NCBI GenBank assembly: GCA_039964305.1
Contig: JBDVXS010000103.1
Span: forward strand, 281 to 64,280
Reading direction: 5' to 3'
Source: Hyphomicrobiales bacterium
GTDB lineage: Bacteria > Pseudomonadota > Alphaproteobacteria > Rhizobiales > JACESI01
DNA: 64,000 nt
Under the pieces are notes generated by a model that was given only the letters and a program-made list of their open reading frames with translations, was not told the origin of the DNA and searched no databases. Below, one piece after another: positions 59,022-64,000 of this stretch (position 1 is the stretch's first letter; each line of letters begins with the position of its first letter). Position numbers and translations under genes: made by a program.

Positions 59022-59648
59022 ATGGCTGAAAAACAACAAGGGTTTTTGGGAACTGCGTATGATCATTCAAGCGTTACTGAAACCTACAACATGTATGAAG
59101 CATGGGCGGATACTTATGATAGTGAGCTTGTAGAAAACGGCTATCAGCAGCCCATCCGCTGTGCTCATGCGTTGAAGACGATTATGCCTGAAGCATCCAG
59201 CATTTTGGATATTGGATGCGGTACTGGCCTTAGTGGTGATGCGCTAAAGAAGGCTGGATTTTCTAATATTGATGGCTGCGATTTTTCTCCTGCTATGCTG
59301 GAAAAAGCCAAGCACACGAATGCGTACAACCGCCTGTTCCAAGCAGACCTCAACAAACCGCCGCTTAGTGTTGCTGACCGCGCTTATGATGCGGTGACGG
59401 TTGTTGGCGTGTTTTCCATGCAGCATGTGAAGGTTGAGGCAATGGATGACCTTTTGCGCACGGTTAGACCTGGTGGTGCGATGGTGATCGGCCTTAATGA
59501 CAAGTTTTATCGCCAAGGAAATTTATGCGCTAAATTAGACGCTCTTGCGGTGCTGGGGCGTATCAGTCAAATCGGTCACGAGCACGGGGAGCATATCCCA
59601 GATATTGGCCTGACGGGCTGGGTGATTTCGCTCAAAATTTTGGGCTAG
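59022..59648 (+). CDS. Class I SAM-dependent methyltransferase
   Basis: YEAWADTYD, ILDIGCGTGLSG and DFSPAML. Confidence 0.9.
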   Translation: MAEKQQGFLGTAYDHSSVTETYNMYEAWADTYDSELVENGYQQPIRCAHALKTIMPEASSILDIGCGTGLSGDALKKAGFSNIDGCDFSPAMLEKAKHTNAYNRLFQADLNKPPLSVADRAYDAVTVVGVFSMQHVKVEAMDDLLRTVRPGGAMVIGLNDKFYRQGNLCAKLDALAVLGRISQIGHEHGEHIPDIGLTGWVISLKILG

Positions 59649-60067
59649 TCGCTCGTGGCTTTGTTCCATTTGTAATAGCCTAGTGTGTAATAAAGATATT
59701 CCGACGCCGTGCCGCTTTCGATCATAAGGCGATTGATTTCGCGGCCGTCTCTCAGATAACACCGCGCGACGATGCGCTCATAATGATCCGTATCGATCCG
59801 CACGCATTGCACTGCTTTTTTTAAAGACAAACGGGTGAGGGCGTTCGTTGCTTCGCGATACCCAGTCTCCTCTTTTTCTGGTGCGTCGACACCCCATAGG
59901 CGGATCGGTTTTTTAGTGCTGCTTAAAAACAAGCTATCGCCATCAACAACGTGGCGCACTGTTCCGTTCAACTCACCAATTTCTTTGGGTGTTATCCCAC
60001 GTAGAAACAGGCCAACGAAGACGGTGACGAGGATAAGGAAGCTAAACAGTTTGAGTTGTCGGCGCAT
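59645..60067 (-). CDS. Thermonuclease (SNase) family protein
   Basis: N-terminal TM, VVDGDSL, IRLWGVDAPE and DHYERIVARC. Confidence 0.88.
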   Translation of the reverse strand: MRRQLKLFSFLILVTVFVGLFLRGITPKEIGELNGTVRHVVDGDSLFLSSTKKPIRLWGVDAPEKEETGYREATNALTRLSLKKAVQCVRIDTDHYERIVARCYLRDGREINRLMIESGTASEYLYYTLGYYKWNKATSD

Positions 60068-60114
60068 TGGTGCTGGTTAGAGGATTCTCGCGCTTTTTAC
60101 GACAGGTTGAATGC

Positions 60115-61467
60115 TTATTTGTGATTGCCCGCCATTAGTTTCTCGTCAAACGGGCAGGTGGTGATGTTCACGGGGCCGTCTTCTGTGACGATTACTTGGT
60201 CTTCTAGTTTGATACCATTTTTGCCGCCAACTTCGCCCAGATACACTTCGACGCAAAAACACATGCCGGGTTGAACTTCATAATTAAAGCCATCTGCAAT
60301 GTAGTCTTCTGGGTAGCCAATGCTTGGGAATTCATCGCATAGGCCAACGCCGTGCATTTTGACGCCGTAGCGTTGCTCGACAAACCGTTCTGGCAGCATG
60401 TGGCCTTTGAAGGTGAGGTCTTTGAACGATGCGCCGGGCTGTAAAAGTTCGACGTTGGTGGTGATGTGTTCATGGGCAATTGCGTGCAGGTCGCATTGTT
60501 CTTTGCTTGGCAGATCGTCGCCGCAATACCACGTGCGGGAGATGTCGCAGCAAAAACCGTAGGGGCCAACAAGGTCGGTATCAAAGCCCAGCAGCTCGCC
60601 AGATTCAATGCGACGTGGGCCTGCTTCCTGCATCCAAGGGTTCGTGCGTGGGCCTGAGTTTAGGATGCGCGTCTCAATCCATTCGCCACCCCGCGCGATA
60701 TTCTCCGCATGTAATATTGACCAAAGCTCAACCTCCGCAATGCCGGGCTTTAGCGCTTTTCGCATTTCAGCAACGGCAATTTCGCATGTGGCGGAGGCGC
60801 ATTTCATGGCCTTGATTTCTTCTGGTGTTTTGATGAGGCGCGCTTGTTCGCAAACCATGCCACCGTTCATAATTTCAAGGCCTTCAGCTTCAAGCGCATG
60901 AATGCCTTCAGCCTCCCAACGGTCTAAAGCGAGGCGCTTGTTATCGCCGCAATGAGTGCGCATGAGGTCGGTGACACTGCCAGCAAACTCTTTCGCGATC
61001 CGCTCGCTTGCATCACCTGCCACGAAGTAGAATATGCCAGCGCCGTGGCGGATCTCTTTGATGAGGGGTAGGTGGGCGGAGAGGTGATCGCAGCCATGAA
61101 AGTCCCATAACACCACATGGCCATCTGCTGTCACAAAAGCAGCGCGGGCAGGGTTGTGCATGATCCATACGTGCATATTGGAGCTATCGGTTGCATAGCG
61201 AATGTTGAGCGGATCAAAAAGCAGTGCCGCGCCATAGTCATGTTTTTTGAGTTCAGCACAAAGGCGGTCGAGCCGCGCTTGCCGCATGGTATCAAGGTGC
61301 GGCGCTTCGAGGCCCAGCGCTTCCCATTCTTGAAACGCCACGTCTGTTGGGCCAATTTCGATACGGTTCTTGTCGTCAGGGGTGCCATCTGGCTTTAGAG
61401 GCGCGGTGGGTCGGCGCCGCGACGGGTCAATCTTGCGGTTTGAGATCGAATAAGGATTATCTATCAT
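60115..61467 (-). CDS. dddP: M24-family metalloenzyme, DddP-type DMSP lyase
   Basis: DddP-like N-extension RKIDPSR...RIEIGPT, FDPLNIRYATDS and GGEWIETR. Metal ligands in FDTD, DISRT, MHGVGLCDE, CVE and KLEDQV. Confidence 0.8.
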   Translation of the reverse strand: MIDNPYSISNRKIDPSRRRPTAPLKPDGTPDDKNRIEIGPTDVAFQEWEALGLEAPHLDTMRQARLDRLCAELKKHDYGAALLFDPLNIRYATDSSNMHVWIMHNPARAAFVTADGHVVLWDFHGCDHLSAHLPLIKEIRHGAGIFYFVAGDASERIAKEFAGSVTDLMRTHCGDNKRLALDRWEAEGIHALEAEGLEIMNGGMVCEQARLIKTPEEIKAMKCASATCEIAVAEMRKALKPGIAEVELWSILHAENIARGGEWIETRILNSGPRTNPWMQEAGPRRIESGELLGFDTDLVGPYGFCCDISRTWYCGDDLPSKEQCDLHAIAHEHITTNVELLQPGASFKDLTFKGHMLPERFVEQRYGVKMHGVGLCDEFPSIGYPEDYIADGFNYEVQPGMCFCVEVYLGEVGGKNGIKLEDQVIVTEDGPVNITTCPFDEKLMAGNHK

Positions 61468-61577
61468 CAAAGTACCCTTTGTTTGTTTTAAAAGGATGCG
61501 TTGGAACCGTGTTTTTTAATTGTCGAAAGCCGACATTTTACTTGGGGCAATGCGGCGTTTGATCTGCTGTGCACTGC

Positions 61578-62435
61578 TTATTTTATGGCGCCAAGAGCTT
61601 TCAACTCATTCCACGCCCGCACGATATATTGGGTTTTGAATTGGTGGCCACCCGTGTGCAGGCAGAGTTCTAGGGCTTTTCCGTCTTTGTTTTGTGATCG
61701 TTGGCATTTGAGGTCGAAGGGTTCAGAGCGCTCTTCGCCTTCATAGCCGCCTTGCTTTGTGTACATTTCAAGCACTTCAAAGACATCGCCTTGGCTCGTG
61801 TTTCGGATGTGGCGACCTTTTAGGGGGACGATTTTGTCCGCTGTGCCGTGGTAGTGAAATACGTGAGTGGCTGGCGTGTCGCAGCTGGTGGGTGTCGGCG
61901 ACCAAAACGTGCCGGCCATAGGTGCAAAGCCTGCGAAACTTTCGCTGCGCTCACAGGCAAGCGTCCACGTCATCATGCCGCCTGCTGAAAAGCCAGTCAT
62001 CATCAGGTTGGATGTCTTGATTGGGAAACGCTCGCTCGCGTCTTTGATGACGGCATCGAAATATTCTGGTTCTTTTTGCTCTGCAACAGGTGTTTCGCTG
62101 GGCGCATTGGCGAGCAACCAATCATCACCGCCTGATTTGACAGCTATAAGGGCGAGGCCGAGGTCTGAGACGGCTTTGCCAAGGGACTTGTTACGCATGG
62201 CGCCAGCCGCCGAGCCTTTGTAGCCATGGGCATAGACAATCGCGCCAACAGGCGTTTTGCCATCGTGGCCTTCTGGCATGCGAATGCGGTAATGGCGGTT
62301 TTCTAAAATGTCACAGTTGGTATCAGCGCCACAGGCATGAGCGAGTTTTGGTTGAAAGCTCAACCCTGCCACTAATGTTGTGGCGATAATGGCGAGGCCA
62401 GCCATGCTCGTTGTTAATTTCTGACCATATGACAT
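61578..62435 (-). CDS. Secreted esterase, PHB-depolymerase/LpqC family alpha/beta hydrolase
   Basis: Signal peptide, AHGYKGS, TGFSAGGMM (GxSxG), HGTADKIVP and GGH. Confidence 0.85.
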   Translation of the reverse strand: MSYGQKLTTSMAGLAIIATTLVAGLSFQPKLAHACGADTNCDILENRHYRIRMPEGHDGKTPVGAIVYAHGYKGSAAGAMRNKSLGKAVSDLGLALIAVKSGGDDWLLANAPSETPVAEQKEPEYFDAVIKDASERFPIKTSNLMMTGFSAGGMMTWTLACERSESFAGFAPMAGTFWSPTPTSCDTPATHVFHYHGTADKIVPLKGRHIRNTSQGDVFEVLEMYTKQGGYEGEERSEPFDLKCQRSQNKDGKALELCLHTGGHQFKTQYIVRAWNELKALGAIK

Positions 62436-62592
62436 GGCTCACGTCTCCCTATTTGCCTGTCTATACATGCAGCAATGGATGGAAATTTCCACCTCAAAAT
62501 GGCGTTACTCAACCACGTACTCACGACAACGCTTGCGCCGCCGTCTTTAACCCCCTAAATAGGCAGCAAATCTAAGCAAAGCGGGAACTTTT

Positions 62593-64000
62593 ATGGCACG
62601 CGAATTTATCTACTTTATGCAAGGTCTGTCGAAAGCCTATACAGGCGGCAAAAAGGTTTTGGATAACATCCACCTTTCATTCTACCCTGATGCGAAAATC
62701 GGCGTTCTTGGCCCCAACGGTTCTGGTAAATCGACATTGCTGAAAATCATGGCGGGTCTTGAAAAAGATTTCACCGGTGAAGCATGGGTCGCAAAAGGTG
62801 CGACTGTTGGCTATCTGCCGCAGGAACCGCAGCTTGACGAGAGCAAAGACGTTAAAGGCAATGTCATGGAAGGCGTTGCCAAACAGCAAGCCATTCTGGA
62901 CCGCTATAACGAACTGATGATGAATTATTCTGATGAGACAGCGGACGAAGGTGCTGCCCTTCAAGATCAGATCGATGCCGAAAACCTTTGGGATTTGGAC
63001 AGCAAAGTCGAAATGGCGATGGATGCGCTTCGTTGTCCGCCGTCTGATAGTTCTGTTGAACATCTTTCTGGTGGTGAGAAGCGTCGTGTTGCGCTTTGTA
63101 AGCTTTTGCTTGAAGAGCCTGATCTTCTGCTCCTCGATGAGCCTACCAACCACCTTGATGCGGAAACTGTTGCTTGGCTCGAAAAGCACCTGCGTGAATT
63201 TAAAGGCGCTGTGTTGATCATCACCCACGACCGTTACTTCCTCGATAATGTAACGGGTTGGATTTTGGAACTCGACCGTGGCACGGGCATTCCTTATGAG
63301 GGCAATTATTCGGCTTATCTTGAAGCTAAGGCGAAACGTCTTAAGCAAGAAGGTCGCGAAGACGAAGCCCGCCAAAAAGCATTGGACCGCGAACGCGAAT
63401 GGATGGGGGCAAGTCCGAAAGCCCGCCAAGCAAAATCGAAAGCGCGTATCAAAGCCTATGATGAATTGCTTAAACGCAACGAGGATCGTTCACCGGATAA
63501 AGCGCAGATCGTTATTCCAGCTGGCCCGCGTCTCGGCGATGTTGTGATTGACGCAGAAAACATCAAGAAGGGTTACGATGATCGTCTGCTTATCGGTGAT
63601 CTTTCGTTCAAACTACCACCGGGTGGTATCGTCGGTGTTATCGGTCCCAATGGTGCTGGTAAATCGACATTGTTCAAAATGATCACAGAGCAAGAAACGC
63701 CAGATGGTGGTTCAATCCGTTTGGGTGAAACCGTTAAACTTGGTTATGTGGACCAAAGCCGCGACGATATGGATTCGAAGAAAACCGTTTGGGAAGAAAT
63801 TTCCGAAGGTAATGACATTATCACGCTGGGCAAACGCGAAGTGAATTCGCGCGCATATTGTTCAAGCTTCAACTTCAAGGGCGGCGATCAGCAGCAACCT
63901 GTTGGCACGCTTTCAGGTGGTCAGCGTAACCGTGTGCACCTTGCCAAGATGTTGAAATCTGGCTCGAATGTCATCCTGCTCGATGAGCCGACCAATGACC
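62593..64000 (+). CDS. ettA: Energy-dependent translational throttle protein EttA (ABC-F), truncated by the window end
   Basis: Translated by hand: [16 protein letters not shown]...[49 protein letters not shown], second GPNGAGKS and [13 protein letters not shown]. No stop before the edge. Confidence 0.95.
   Translation, partial: MAREFIYFMQGLSKAYTGGKKVLDNIHLSFYPDAKIGVLGPNGSGKSTLLKIMAGLEKDFTGEAWVAKGATVGYLPQEPQLDESKDVKGNVMEGVAKQQAILDRYNELMMNYSDETADEGAALQDQIDAENLWDLDSKVEMAMDALRCPPSDSSVEHLSGGEKRRVALCKLLLEEPDLLLLDEPTNHLDAETVAWLEKHLREFKGAVLIITHDRYFLDNVTGWILELDRGTGIPYEGNYSAYLEAKAKRLKQEGREDEARQKALDREREWMGASPKARQAKSKARIKAYDELLKRNEDRSPDKAQIVIPAGPRLGDVVIDAENIKKGYDDRLLIGDLSFKLPPGGIVGVIGPNGAGKSTLFKMITEQETPDGGSIRLGETVKLGYVDQSRDDMDSKKTVWEEISEGNDIITLGKREVNSRAYCSSFNFKGGDQQQPVGTLSGGQRNRVHLAKMLKSGSNVILLDEPTND

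Noticed and set aside
62677..63429. 250-aa minus-strand ORF
   Set aside because: Antisense to ettA, which the ORF track omitted because it runs off the window.
1..64000. CRISPR arrays, cas genes, transposases, prophage genes, rRNA
   Set aside because: No regularly spaced short repeats or recognisable genes of these classes were seen.

Overview
64-kb chromosomal window from an alphaproteobacterium. Gene order (lsrB/vtlR-trxB-ELM1-greA, split carB/carA, yqeY-dnaG-rpoD, speE-speD-SIMPL-tRNA) suggests Hyphomicrobiales/Rhizobiales. A DddP-type DMSP lyase and a delta-class carbonic anhydrase suggest a marine lifestyle. Positions 1-26.4 kb are mostly housekeeping genes with small insertions. Directly after a tRNA(CAT) gene lies a ~15.4-kb accessory cluster (26777-42140). 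It has a BlcR/AttJ-like IclR regulator divergent from an apparent 11-gene operon: SCP2-like protein, alpha/beta hydrolase, AttM/BlcC-like lactonase, 4-gene CUT2-type ABC importer, proteorhodopsin homolog, flotillin, small membrane protein, sodium:solute symporter and AttL/BlcB-like Fe-alcohol dehydrogenase. The proteorhodopsin homolog has Arg in place of the retinal-binding Lys and has lost its proton-transfer carboxylates. This opsin-flotillin module inside a lactone-catabolism (quorum-quenching-type) operon is the most striking feature. It is followed by a CitE-family lyase, a ~3250-aa acidic, almost lysine-free RTX adhesin with its own type I secretion system, and then MarR, a methyltransferase, a nuclease, dddP, an esterase and a truncated ettA. 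All family assignments come from motif recognition and recalled sequences by eye; no database searches were run.
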